60,537 nt of DNA from Escherichia coli (GTDB taxonomy: Bacteria > Pseudomonadota > Gammaproteobacteria > Enterobacterales > Enterobacteriaceae). The DNA is taken from NCBI RefSeq assembly GCF_003334255.1, contig NZ_QOWU01000027.1; one strand, 5' to 3'. The translations under genes were made by a program, and so were the position numbers. The notes under the pieces are model-generated. The model searched no databases and was not told the origin of the DNA. It was given only the letters and a program-made list of their open reading frames with translations. The number at the start of each line of letters is the position of its first letter. The stretch's first letter is position 1. Below are positions 10,057-20,646 of this stretch, piece by piece.

Positions 10057-11185
10057 ACTGAACGATCTTCTGACCACCCGTGAGCTACAACGCTGGCGAT
10101 TAATTCTTGGCGAAGCGGCAGAAACGACGCTTTGTGGGCTGGATGACAACGCCCGGCAGATAGACCACGCGCTGGAGTGGCTGTATGGGCGCGATCCTGA
10201 ACGGCTCCAGCGTGGTGAACGCTCCGGTGGATTAGGTGGCTCAAATCTCACCACCCCTGAGTGGATCAACAGTATTCACACGCTGTTTCCGCAACAGGTG
10301 ATTGAGCGGCTGGAAAGCGATGCCGTACTGCGCTACGGCATTGAAGATGTGGTGACAAATCTCGACGTGCTGGAACGTATGCAGCCTTCCGAAAGCCTGC
10401 TACGCGCCGTTTTGCACACCAAACATCTGATGAATCCCGAAGTACTGGCTGCCGCCCGCCAGATAGTGCGCCAGGTTGTTGAAGAAATTATGGCGCGACT
10501 GGCAAAGGAAGTTCGCCAGGCTTTTTCTGGTGTCCGCGATCGCCGTCGCCGTTCATTTGTTCCACTGGCGCGAAACTTTGATTTCAAAAGTACTCTGCGC
10601 GCCAACCTGCAACACTGGCACCCGCAACACGGCAAGTTGTATATCGAATCCCCCCGCTTTAACAGCCGCATTAAACGCCAAAGCGAACAATGGCAACTGG
10701 TCTTACTGGTTGATCAAAGCGGCTCGATGGTCGATTCGGTGATCCACTCTGCGGTGATGGCGGCCTGTTTGTGGCAGTTACCCGGCATTCGTACCCATCT
10801 GGTGGCGTTTGACACAAGCGTCGTTGATCTCACGGCAGACGTTGCCGATCCGATAGAGTTATTAATGAAAGTGCAATTAGGCGGCGGAACCAATATCGCC
10901 AGTGCCATGGAGTATGGTCGGCAACTTATTGAACAACCTGAAAAAAGCGTCATTATCCTAGTGAGCGATTTTTATGAAGGGGGTTCATCATCATTGCTGA
11001 CGCATCAGGTGAAAAAGTGTGTCCAGAGCGGCATCAAAGTGCTGGGACTGGCAGCGCTCGATAGCACAGCAACGCCTTGCTATGACCGCGATACGGCCCA
11101 GGCGCTGGTTAATGTCGGCGCACAAATAGCCGCCATGACACCGGGCGAGCTGGCATCATGGCTTGCGGAGAATCTTCAGTCATGA
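10049..11185 (+). CDS. yehP: YehP, von Willebrand factor A (VWA, CoxE-like) protein with complete MIDAS motif (378 aa)
   Basis: ORF track 9821..11185; start ATG 10049 (MSELNDLL) overlaps the yehM stop by 8 nt. MIDAS D-x-S-x-S (LVDQSGSM) at ~10711-10728, plus downstream T and D residues. Confidence 0.88.
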   Translation: MSELNDLLTTRELQRWRLILGEAAETTLCGLDDNARQIDHALEWLYGRDPERLQRGERSGGLGGSNLTTPEWINSIHTLFPQQVIERLESDAVLRYGIEDVVTNLDVLERMQPSESLLRAVLHTKHLMNPEVLAAARQIVRQVVEEIMARLAKEVRQAFSGVRDRRRRSFVPLARNFDFKSTLRANLQHWHPQHGKLYIESPRFNSRIKRQSEQWQLVLLVDQSGSMVDSVIHSAVMAACLWQLPGIRTHLVAFDTSVVDLTADVADPIELLMKVQLGGGTNIASAMEYGRQLIEQPEKSVIILVSDFYEGGSSSLLTHQVKKCVQSGIKVLGLAALDSTATPCYDRDTAQALVNVGAQIAAMTPGELASWLAENLQS

Positions 11186-13182
11186 ATTCACTACGTCCGG
11201 AATTATTAGAACTGACACCGCAGGCACTGACGGCGTTAAGCAATGCCGGTTTTGTTAAGCGCAGTCTTAAGGAACTGGAAAATGGCAACGTCCCGGAAAT
11301 CAGCCATGAGAACGGCGCTTTAATCGCCACCTTCAGTGACGGTGTCCATACCCAGCTGGCGAACGGCCAGGCACTGAAAGAGGCTCAGTGCACCTGTGGG
11401 GCCAGCGGCATGTGCCGTCATCGCGTGATGCTGGTGTTAAGTTATCAACGACTTTGTGCTACCGCCCAGCCTACGGGAAAAGAAGAGGAATGGGATCCGG
11501 CAATCTGGCTGGAAGAACTGGCTACCCTTCCCGATGCCACCCGCAAACGCGCACAGGTATTGGTCGCTAAAGGCATCACCATTGAGTTGTTATGTGCGCC
11601 GGGTGAAATTCCCTCTGCCCGCTTACCGATGAGCGATGTGCGTTTTTATTCCCGCAGCAGTATTCGTTTCGCCCGTTGTGATTGTATTGAAGGCACACTT
11701 TGCGAACATGTCGTACTGGCTGTGCAGGCCTTCGTCGAGGCCAAAGCGCAGCAAGCGGAATTTACTCATTTAATCTGGCAGATGCGCAGCGAACACGTCA
11801 CATCATCTGACGATCCGTTTGCCAGCGAAGAGGGCAACGCGTGTCGTCAATATGTTCAGCAATTAAGCCAGACATTATGGCTTGGCGGCATCAGCCAGCC
11901 GCTTATTCACTACGAGGCAGCATTCAACCGCGCATTGCAGGCGGCAGAGACCTGCAACTGGCGCTGGGTGAGTGAATCGCTACGGCAACTGCGCGCCAGC
12001 GTTGATGCCTTCCACGCCCGCGCCAGCCACTATAATGCCGGAGAATGCTTACATCAGCTTGCGGCATTAAACAGTCGATTAAATTGCGCACAAGAGATGG
12101 CCCGGCGCGACAGTATTGGTGAAGTTCCTCCTGTGCCGTGGCGCACGGTCGTTGGCTCTGGCATTGCCGGAGAAGCAAAGCTTGATCATCTGCGGCTGGT
12201 GTCTTTAGGTATGCGTTGCTGGCAGGATATTGAGCATTATGGTTTACGCATCTGGTTTACCGATCCCGACACCGGCAGTATTTTGCACCTTTCGCGCAGT
12301 TGGCCGCGAAGTGAACAGGAAAACTCACCGGCAGCTACGCGTCGGCTGTTTAGTTTTCAGGCTGGCGCACTGGCGGGCGGGCAAATTGTTTCACAAGCAG
12401 CAAAACGCAGTGCCGATGGCGAGCTGCTGTTAGCTACCCGCAACCGCTTAAGCAGCGTTGTGCCGCTGTCGCCTGATGCCTGGCAAATGTTGAGCGCGCC
12501 GTTACGCCAGCCGGGCATTGTGGCTTTGCGGGAATATTTACGCCAGCGTCCCCCCGCCTGCATACGGCCTCTTAATCAGGTCGATAACTTATTTATTCTG
12601 CCGGTCGCTGAGTGTATTTCGCTCGGTTGGGATAGCAGCCGCCAGACGCTGGATGCGCAGGTAATCAGCGGCGAAGGTGAAGATAATCTGCTGACGTTAT
12701 CACTGCCAGCCTCAGCCAGCGCGCCTTATGCCGTTGAACGCATGGCGGCGCTTTTGCAACAAACAGACGACCCCGTGTGTCTGGTTTCTGGCTTTGTCAG
12801 TTTTGTTGATGGGCAATTGACACTGGAACCACAGGTAATTATGACAAAGACTCGTGCCTGGGCGCTGGACGCTGAAACTGCGCCTGTGGCACCACTACCT
12901 TCTGCCAGCGTTTTGCCTGTGCCGTCTACTGCTCATCAGTTGCTGATGCGCTGCCAGGCGTTACTTATTCAACTGCTCCATAACGGCTGGCGCTATCAGG
13001 AACAGAGCGCTATTAGTCAGGCAGAGTTGCTGGCGAATGACCTCACCGCGGTGGGTTTTTATCGGCTGGCACATGTGTTGGGGCAATTTCGTAATACAGA
13101 AAGCGAGGCACGGGTAGAAGCAATAAATAACGGTGTTTTGCTTTGCGAACAATTATTCCCCATGCTTCAGCAACAAGGATGA
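11182..13182 (+). CDS. yehQ: YehQ, protein with two SWIM-type zinc-finger motifs (C-x-C-x5-C-x-H)
   Basis: ORF track 11158..13182; start ATG 11182 (MNSLRPELL) overlaps the yehP stop as ATGA. CTCGASGMCRH at ~11389-11421 and CDCIEGTLCEH at ~11677-11710. Exact start is uncertain. Confidence 0.82.
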   Translation: MNSLRPELLELTPQALTALSNAGFVKRSLKELENGNVPEISHENGALIATFSDGVHTQLANGQALKEAQCTCGASGMCRHRVMLVLSYQRLCATAQPTGKEEEWDPAIWLEELATLPDATRKRAQVLVAKGITIELLCAPGEIPSARLPMSDVRFYSRSSIRFARCDCIEGTLCEHVVLAVQAFVEAKAQQAEFTHLIWQMRSEHVTSSDDPFASEEGNACRQYVQQLSQTLWLGGISQPLIHYEAAFNRALQAAETCNWRWVSESLRQLRASVDAFHARASHYNAGECLHQLAALNSRLNCAQEMARRDSIGEVPPVPWRTVVGSGIAGEAKLDHLRLVSLGMRCWQDIEHYGLRIWFTDPDTGSILHLSRSWPRSEQENSPAATRRLFSFQAGALAGGQIVSQAAKRSADGELLLATRNRLSSVVPLSPDAWQMLSAPLRQPGIVALREYLRQRPPACIRPLNQVDNLFILPVAECISLGWDSSRQTLDAQVISGEGEDNLLTLSLPASASAPYAVERMAALLQQTDDPVCLVSGFVSFVDGQLTLEPQVIMTKTRAWALDAETAPVAPLPSASVLPVPSTAHQLLMRCQALLIQLLHNGWRYQEQSAISQAELLANDLTAVGFYRLAHVLGQFRNTESEARVEAINNGVLLCEQLFPMLQQQG

Positions 13183-13258
13183 AATAGTGCTTTTTACTAA
13201 GAGCTCTACTCCAGTTCCGGACTGCTCACGCCACGGTATTAGGCATATCCTATATAGC

Positions 13259-13286
13259 CCCTGGTGAGAGTCACCAGTTTCTTGAT
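13259..13286 (+). terminator. Rho-independent terminator downstream of yehQ
   Basis: Perfect inverted repeat CTGGTGA-GAG-TCACCAG followed by TTTCTTGATT. Confidence 0.7.
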
Positions 13287-13306
13287 TAAATAAAATGGAG
13301 TTTTAC

Positions 13307-13768
13307 ATGAAGGCTTTCAATAAGCTGTTTTCCCTCGTTGTTGCATCTGTTCTGGTTTTCTCTCTTGCTGGCTGCGGTGACAAAGAAGAATCGAAGAAAT
13401 TCAGCGCCAATCTGAACGGCACTGAAATTGCCATTACCTATGTCTACAAAGGTGACAAGGTGCTTAAGCAATCTTCTGAAACCAAAATTCAATTTGCCTC
13501 CATTGGTGCAACCACCAAAGAAGATGCTGCCAGGGCACTTGAGCCGTTAAGCGCCAAATACAAAAACATCGCGGGTGTTGAAGAAAAATTAACCTATACC
13601 GATACCTACGCGCAGGAAAACGTGACTATCGATATGGAAAAAGTGGATTTTAAAGCCCTGCAGGGTATTTCAGGAATCAACGTTTCTGCTGAAGATGCCA
13701 AAAAAGGTATCACTATGGCGCAAATGGAACTGGTGATGAAAGCCGCTGGTTTTAAAGAAGTGAAATAA
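13307..13768 (+). CDS. yehR: YehR, lipoprotein (153 aa)
   Basis: ORF track 13295..13768; start ATG 13307 with TGGAG SD; signal peptide ending in lipobox LAGC. Confidence 0.88.
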   Translation: MKAFNKLFSLVVASVLVFSLAGCGDKEESKKFSANLNGTEIAITYVYKGDKVLKQSSETKIQFASIGATTKEDAARALEPLSAKYKNIAGVEEKLTYTDTYAQENVTIDMEKVDFKALQGISGINVSAEDAKKGITMAQMELVMKAAGFKEVK

Positions 13769-13772
13769 TCTG

Positions 13773-13800
13773 TCGGCGGCCATGTTTCGCATGGCCGCCA
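13773..13800. terminator. Bidirectional hairpin terminator between convergent yehR and yehS
   Basis: 10-bp perfect stem GGCGGCCATG / CATGGCCGCC with loop TTTCG. Confidence 0.7.
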
Positions 13801-13808
13801 TACCCGTC

Positions 13809-14279
13809 TTAGCTTTTCTTCACATGCTGGCGCGCTGCCAGTCCACGCAGAAAATAACGTAAAAATTGATCGCCGCATTCGCGGAAGTTTTTATGATCCG
13901 GTGCACGCATCATCGCCGTAATTTCCGGCATCGAAACGCGGAACTGCTGTTCGGTGAGGATCGCCAGAATGTCATCGGTTTTCAGCGAAAACGCGATGCG
14001 TAATTTTTTCAGCACGATGTTGTTATTAATGCGACGTTCCGGCTCCAGTGCCGGAGCAGACTCATCCTTGCCGCGTTTTTCATAAATCAGGCCATTGAGG
14101 AATGACGACAAAACAATGTCCGGACAACGCTGAAAACCCTCTTCGTCTTCTTTACGTAGCCAGACGGCGATCTGTTCCGCGGTGGCTTCGACATTACCCA
14201 GCGCCAGAATACGCACCAGGTCATTATTATTGGCTTTCAAAATGTAGCGCACGCTGCGCAGAATATCGTTACTTAGCAT
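13809..14279 (-). CDS. yehS: YehS, DUF1456-family protein (156 aa)
   Basis: ORF track 13809..14336 (-); start trimmed to ATG at 14279 (MLSNDILRSV). Confidence 0.85.
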   Translation of the reverse strand: MLSNDILRSVRYILKANNNDLVRILALGNVEATAEQIAVWLRKEDEEGFQRCPDIVLSSFLNGLIYEKRGKDESAPALEPERRINNNIVLKKLRIAFSLKTDDILAILTEQQFRVSMPEITAMMRAPDHKNFRECGDQFLRYFLRGLAARQHVKKS

Positions 14280-14325
14280 GAGGCCTTCAGGTGTTGATGA
14301 GGCAAAAAGCCATTTTAGCAGTCTT

Positions 14326-15045
14326 TTACAGGCCAATCGCCTCTTTTAAGCTTTTCAGATAACGGCGGCTGACCGGCACGGTTAAGCCATTACGCAAAAT
14401 CAACTCGGCCTGGCCGTTATCTTCCAGACGAATCTCCTGTAAATGCGCGAGGTTAACCAGATACTGACGATGGCAGCGCAGTAGTGGTGTACGACTTTCC
14501 AGGGTACGTAATGTCAATTCGGTAAAGCCCTCTTTCCCTTCGTGGCTGGTAACGTAGACACCGCTCATCCGACTGCTGACAAATGCCACATCTTTCATTT
14601 GCAGCAAATAAATCCGACTATGCCCAGTACAAGGGATAAATTTCAGCGCCTGTTGATTTTCTGGTAACAGCGAAACATCCTGCTTGCTGCGTTCCTGCCG
14701 CAAACGCGCCAGCGTTTTCTCCAGTCGCGCTTCATCAATTGGCTTCAGCAGATAATCAAAGGCGTGTTCTTCAAAGGCTTTAATGGCGTATTCGTCAAAC
14801 GCGGTGAGAAAAACAATATACGGACGATGTTCCGGGTCGAGCATCCCCACCATTTCCAGACCACTGATGCGCGGCATCTGGATATCGAGAAACAGCACAT
14901 CCGGGCGCAGTTTATGCACCGCGCCGATCCCTTCCACGGCGTTTGAACACTCACCAACGATTTCAATATCGCTCTGCTCCTGCAAAAATACGCGCAGGTT
15001 CTCCCGTGCTAACGGTTCATCATCGACAATTAAGACTTTAATCAT
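14326..15045 (-). CDS. btsR: BtsR (YehT), LytTR-family response regulator (239 aa)
   Basis: ORF track 14326..15060 (-); receiver domain ([15 protein letters not shown]...D) and C-terminal LytTR domain; start overlaps the btsS stop as ATGA. Confidence 0.92.
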
Positions 15046-16727
15046 GCCTCGTCCCTCCATGGTAGTCGTAACGTTATTCGGGTGTAACTATCAGGCTCAC
15101 AGGCGACGCTTATCCCATAGTCATCGCCAAACCGTTCACGTAAACGCTTATCCACCAGATTCATCCCCAGCCCACTGGCATTGGTTACCGGTTGATACAA
15201 ACCGGCATTGTCTTCGATCTCCAGCATTAAATGTTGCCCCTCACGTCGGGCGCTGATTGCCACTCGCCCTGTATCCAGCAGTTGTGATGTCCCATGTTTA
15301 ATGGCGTTTTCCACTATCGGTTGCAGGGTAAACGCGGGCAATTGCTGCTGGGATAATTCTTGCGGAATAGCAATGTTGACCTGCAACCGCGACTGGAAGC
15401 GCGCCTTTTCAATTTGCAGATAAGCATTCACATGTTCAATTTCGTCGGCGAGAGTAACAAACTCCGAAGGCCGCTTTAAGTTTTTGCGGAAAAAAGTGGA
15501 AAGATACTGCACCAGCTGGCTGGCCTGTTCGCTGTCGCGACGGATCACCGCTTTAATGGTGTTAAGCGCATTAAACAAAAAATGGGGATTCACCTGGGCG
15601 TGAAGCAGTTTGATCTCTGACTGGGTGAGCATCGCTTTTTGCCGCTCATATTGCCCGGCAAGGATCTGCGCCGAAAGCAGTTGCGCAATCCCCTCGCCCA
15701 GCGTGCGGTTGATTGAACTGAATAAACGGTTTTTGGCTTCATACAATTTGATGGTGCCCATCACCCGCTGATTTTCACCACGCAACGGAATTACCAGCGT
15801 CGACCCCAGTTTGCATTGCGGATGCAAAGAGCAACGGTAAGGTACTTCGTTGCCATCAGCGTAGACCACTTCACCGGTTTCAATCGCTTTTAAGGTATAA
15901 GTCGAAGAAATCGGTTTGCCGGGTAAATGGTGGTCGTCACCAATTCCGGTAAAGGCCAGCAATTTCTCTCGATCGGTAATCGCGACTGCACCAATATCCA
16001 GCTCCTGATACAGCACCTGTGCCACTTTCATGCTGTTCACTTCGTTAAACCCCTGGCGCAAAATGCCTTCCGTCGAGGCCGCCACTTTCAGCGCAGTGGC
16101 AGAAAAAGCTGAAGTGTATTTTTCAAACATCGCGCGTTTATCGAGCAATATACGCATAAACAGCGCCGCGCCGACGGTATTGGTGACCATCATTGGCGCA
16201 GCAATATTACTCACCAGACGTACCGCATCTTCATAAGGTCGGGCGATCGCCAGGATGATCAACATTTGCACCATTTCAGCGACGAACGTGACGGCACCGG
16301 CGGTAATGGGGTTAAAGACTTTATCAGTGCGCCCGCGACGGATCAGGATGCTGTGTACCAGGCCGCCGAGCAATCCTTCAACGATGGTTGAGATCATGCA
16401 ACTTAGCGCGGTCATGCCCCCCATCGAATATCGATGTAAGCCGCCGGTCAGACCAACCAGCCCACCGACGACCGGACCGCCGAGTAAGCCGCCCATTACC
16501 GCGCCTATCGCACGGGTATTGGCAATAGAATCGTCAATGTGCAACCCAAACCAGGTGCCCATGATGCAGAAGATGGAAAAGACGATGTAGCAGAGAAATT
16601 TATGCGGCAGACGAACCGTGACCTGCATTAACGGTATGAATAATGGCGTTTTACTCATTAACCACGCAATGACTAAAAAAACGCACATCTGCTGAAGCAG
16701 CAGCAACACCAGATTAAAATCGTACAT
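15042..16727 (-). CDS. btsS: BtsS (YehU), LytS-family sensor histidine kinase (561 aa)
   Basis: ORF track 15042..16742 (-); N-terminal multi-pass membrane region, GAF region, H-box ([12 protein letters not shown]) and ATPase domain. Confidence 0.92.
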
Positions 16728-16948
16728 ACCCGCAAACCACACTTCCCTTTAAAACGCGTAACATACATTGCCTGCGTTTAACTTTCTTTGAACTCTTGCA
16801 GAAAAATGAGAATTCGTGAGTACGATCACTCAAAATCGCCTGGCAAAAATAAAATCACCCTATAGATGCACAAAAAACGGGCAAAACTACCTGGTTCGCA
16901 AAACTGCGTCTAAAGTTAAACCGGGACCTCGCGAGCAAGGGTGAGACG

Positions 16949-17680
16949 ATGGCGCTTTACACAATTGGTGAAGTGGCGTTGCTTTGTGATATTAATCCTG
17001 TCACGTTACGCGCGTGGCAGAGGCGTTACGGATTGCTGAAACCGCAACGGACAGACGGCGGTCATCGGCTGTTCAACGATGCCGATATTGACCGGATCCG
17101 CGAGATCAAACGCTGGATCGACAACGGCGTGCAGGTCAGCAAAGTTAAAATGCTGCTCAGTAATGAAAATGTTGATGTGCAGAACGGCTGGCGCGATCAG
17201 CAAGAAACATTACTGACTTACCTGCAAAGCGGCAATCTACATAGCCTGCGAACGTGGATCAAAGAGCGCGGTCAGGATTACCCCGCCCAGACACTCACCA
17301 CACATCTGTTTATTCCTCTGCGCCGACGGCTTCAGTGCCAACAACCGACTCTCCAGGCGCTGCTGGCGATCCTCGACGGCGTACTGATCAACTACATCGC
17401 CATTTGTCTGGCTTCGGCACGTAAAAAACAGGGTAAAGATGCGCTGGTGGTTGGCTGGAATATTCAGGATACCACCCGTCTGTGGCTGGAGGGCTGGATT
17501 GCCAGTCAACAAGGATGGCGCATTGATGTCCTCGCCCACTCGCTCAATCAACTACGCCCTGAACTATTCGAAGGCCGTACATTGCTGGTGTGGTGCGGTG
17601 AAAATCGAACCTCCGCCCAACAGCAGCAACTCACCAGTTGGCAAGAACAAGGCCATGATATTTTCCCACTCGGCATTTAA
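16949..17680 (+). CDS. mlrA: MlrA, MerR-family transcriptional regulator (243 aa)
   Basis: ORF 16949..17680; N-terminal MerR HTH (YTIGEVALLCDINPVTLRAWQRRYGLL). Confidence 0.92.
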   Translation: MALYTIGEVALLCDINPVTLRAWQRRYGLLKPQRTDGGHRLFNDADIDRIREIKRWIDNGVQVSKVKMLLSNENVDVQNGWRDQQETLLTYLQSGNLHSLRTWIKERGQDYPAQTLTTHLFIPLRRRLQCQQPTLQALLAILDGVLINYIAICLASARKKQGKDALVVGWNIQDTTRLWLEGWIASQQGWRIDVLAHSLNQLRPELFEGRTLLVWCGENRTSAQQQQLTSWQEQGHDIFPLGI

Positions 17681-17739
17681 TGATTCGTTAACAAATGCGC
17701 TTTACTGTACAATCCTTTCGTTAACATAAGGAGTGCATT

Positions 17740-17847
17740 ATGCGCATAGCTAAAATTGGGGTCATCGCCCTGTTCCTGTTTATGGCGTTAGGCGGAATTG
17801 GTGGCGTCATGCTCGCAGGTTATACCTTTATTTTGCGTGCTGGCTAA
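17740..17847 (+). CDS. yohO: YohO, small single-helix membrane protein (35 aa)
   Basis: Absent from the ORF track (too short). Manual translation gives [35 protein letters not shown], with AAGGAG SD 7 nt upstream and TAA at 17845-17847. Confidence 0.8.
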
Positions 17848-18559
17848 GCGCCTGCACCAGCCTTTCAAACAGGCGGTCTGCGATGATCGCCGCCAGTGCC
17901 ACCAGTAACGCCCCCTGGATCACATACGCGGTATTAAATCCGCTAAGCCCGATGATGATGGGCGTACCCAGCGTGCTGGCCCCTACCGTTGAGGCGATCG
18001 TCGCCGTACCAATGTTGATAATCACCGAAGTTCGCACGCCCGCCAGAATCACCGGAGCCGCCAGCGGTAGCTCGACCTTACGCAGTCGCTGACCACGACT
18101 CATTCCCATACCTTTCGCAACTTCTGTCACGCTGGCATCAATCGCTCCCAGCCCGGCAAGTGTCGCCTGCAGGACGGGCAGCACACCGTAAAGGATCAAG
18201 GCGATAATCGCTGGTTGCAGACCAAAGCCGATCACCGGAACGGCGATCGCCAGCACTGCGACGGGCGGAAAAGTCTGTCCAACGGCGGCAATAGTTTCCA
18301 CCAGTGGGCGAAATTCCGCGCCCCACGGGCGAGTGACAGCAATTCCGGCACCAGTGCCAATGATCACCGCAAACAAACTCGAAATTCCCACCAGCCAGAA
18401 ATGAGCCAGTGCCAGAGCTGCAAAACTTTCTTGCTGATAAACGGGTCGTGGCAGTTGTGGGAACAAGGCAGCAAACAGCGGCTGGCTGTAAGGCAGCCAG
18501 AAAATCAGCGCCACAAACAGAGCAATGAGCCAGAACAGCGGATCGCGCAACATCTTCAT
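17828..18559 (-). CDS. yehW: YehW, ABC transporter permease of the osmF-yehYXW osmoprotectant system (243 aa)
   Basis: ORF 17828..18559 (-); multi-pass membrane protein. Its 3' end overlaps the yohO 3' end by 20 nt. Confidence 0.92.
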
Positions 18560-18563
18560 ACGC

Positions 18564-19490
18564 TTACGCCTCCTCCAGCAGATCCTGAAAATGCAGCGTG
18601 CCGCAAGGCTGGCCCTGCGTGTTCATCACCGGCAGCACCTCGCATCCCCGCGCGACAAACAGGGAGAGCGCATCGCGTAGCGTCATCTCTTCTGCCAGTG
18701 CCTCACCTTCTGCCCGTTCTTCGCGACGCACGTAATCCGCCACACTACGTAACGAAAGCAGGCGCACCCCCAGTTCACTACGTCCAAAAAACTGGCGGAC
18801 AAAATCATTCGCCGGACGAGTCAGCATCGTCAGCGGATTGCCCTGCTGCACTACTTCACCGTGATCCATCAATACCAGATGTTCTGCCAGCCGTAGCGCC
18901 TCATCAATATCATGAGTGACCAGCACAATGGTACGCCCCAGCAAACGGTGAATGCGCGTCATCTCTTGTTGCAACGCGCCGCGCGTTACCGGGTCCAGTG
19001 CGCCAAAAGGTTCATCCATCAGTAAGACTTGCGGATCGGCAGCCAGTGCACGCGCCACTCCCACACGTTGCTGCTGACCACCGGAAAGCTGATGCGGATA
19101 ACGCTCACGCAAATTTGACTCCAGCCCCAGTAGCGCCATTAATTCGTCGATACGATCGTCAATCCGTGCCCGCGACCATTTTTGTAATTGCGGCACGGTA
19201 GCGATGTTTTGCGCCACGCTCCAGTGGGGGAACAGGCCAATAGATTGAATGGCATAGCCCATCCGGCGGCGCAACTCCAGTACTGGCAGCGAGCGAATTT
19301 CTTCTCCGGCAAAGCGGATCTCTCCGCTGTCATGCTCCACCAGGCGGTTAATCATTTTCAGGGTGGTGGATTTGCCGGAGCCAGATGTGCCAATCAGCAC
19401 CGAAAAACTCCCTTCCTGAAAATTGAGATTGAGATCGTTAACGGCTTTTTGTGCGCCGAACAGTTTGCTGACATGGCTAAATTCAATCAT
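18564..19490 (-). CDS. yehX: YehX, ABC transporter ATP-binding protein (308 aa)
   Basis: ORF 18564..19490 (-); Walker [13 protein letters not shown] signature LSGGQQQRV, Walker B LLMDEP. Confidence 0.93.
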
Positions 19491-20640
19491 TACGTTTCAC
19501 CTTCAGCAGTGCGATAAGCAAATCGAACAGCGCGTCGGTAAGCACCGCCAGAACAATTACCGGGATCACCCCCAGCAACACTAAATCAATGGCGCTGCTT
19601 AGCAGCCCCTGGAAAACCAGCGCACCAAAACCGCCTGCGCCGATTAACGCCGCAATCACCGCCATACCTACAGTTTGCACCATCACCACCCGCAGGCTGC
19701 GCAGAAATACCGGTAACGCCAGTGGTAACTGAACATGCAGGAATCGCTGCGCCCCGCTCATGCCCATCGCTCTGGCGCTCTCCAGCACATCGCGCGGGAT
19801 CTGGTTCAAACCGACTACCACGCCGCGCACCAGCGGCAGCAAGGCATAGAGCACCAGCGCAATCAGTGCGGGTGTCATTCCGGTTCCTGCTATGCCGAGC
19901 GTCCCCAGCCACGGAAAGGCCGTAACCAGCGCGGCAAGCGGCGCAATCAACAGGCCAAAGAGCGCCACCGAAGGCACGGTCTGAATCACATTGAGCAGAG
20001 AAAAAATTGCCCCCTGCCGAGCAGTGGAAAAGTAGCACCAGATGCCCAACGGCACACCAATCACTAACGCAGGCAGCACCGCACCAAACAGCAACGTCAG
20101 ATGTTGTGCCAGCGCGTCGTCAAACACATCCTGACGGTTGGCGTATTCTTTCATTAGTGAGAGATCGTTAAGCGTGCCGGAGTACAGCAACCACAGCGGA
20201 ATAATGGCAATCTGCATATGCAACAACCAGCGCCACAGCGGATGCGTGGAGATTCGGCGGATGGCATCGCTACAGGCCAGCAATGCCAGCGCCGCAGCCA
20301 GCCAGAAACCACTGCCGAGGCTGGTACGCGCCAGCGCACTGCCATTTTGCGCCAGTTGGGTCGCCGCCTTTCCAGCTCCCCACACCAGCAATACGAAGAC
20401 GAATTGCGCCAGAATGAGTGCACAAATGCTGCCTTTTTTACCGGGAATAAAACAGGCCGTCAGCCAGGCGCAACCAACGCCCACCAGCATCCAGATCGTT
20501 TGCGGCCACAGCTGCCAGAGATGACGCCCCTCACCCGAAACTAAACGATTAGGCGCGTAACTGATAAACGGCAGCGCCGCTGCGATTGCCGTCAGCAACA
20601 GCAGCAGCGCCAGAACAGGATTAATACGGAAATAAGTCAC
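19483..20640 (-). CDS. yehY: YehY, ABC transporter permease (385 aa)
   Basis: ORF 19483..20640 (-); hydrophobic multi-pass protein; overlaps the yehX start by 8 nt. Confidence 0.92.
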
Positions 20641-20646
20641 GGGAAA

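Noticed and set aside
6612-11185. Longer N-terminal extensions in the ORF track for yehL (6612), yehM (7636), yehP (9821) and yehQ (11158)
   Set aside because: The extensions overlap the preceding gene's coding sequence and lack SD sequences. Internal ATGs at 6678, 7777, 10049 and 11182 give compact, translationally coupled genes of the expected lengths.
17688-17726. Direct repeat TTCGTTAACA x2 between mlrA and yohO as a possible terminator or repeat element
   Set aside because: Direct rather than inverted, so no hairpin; probably promoter or UTR sequence of yohO.
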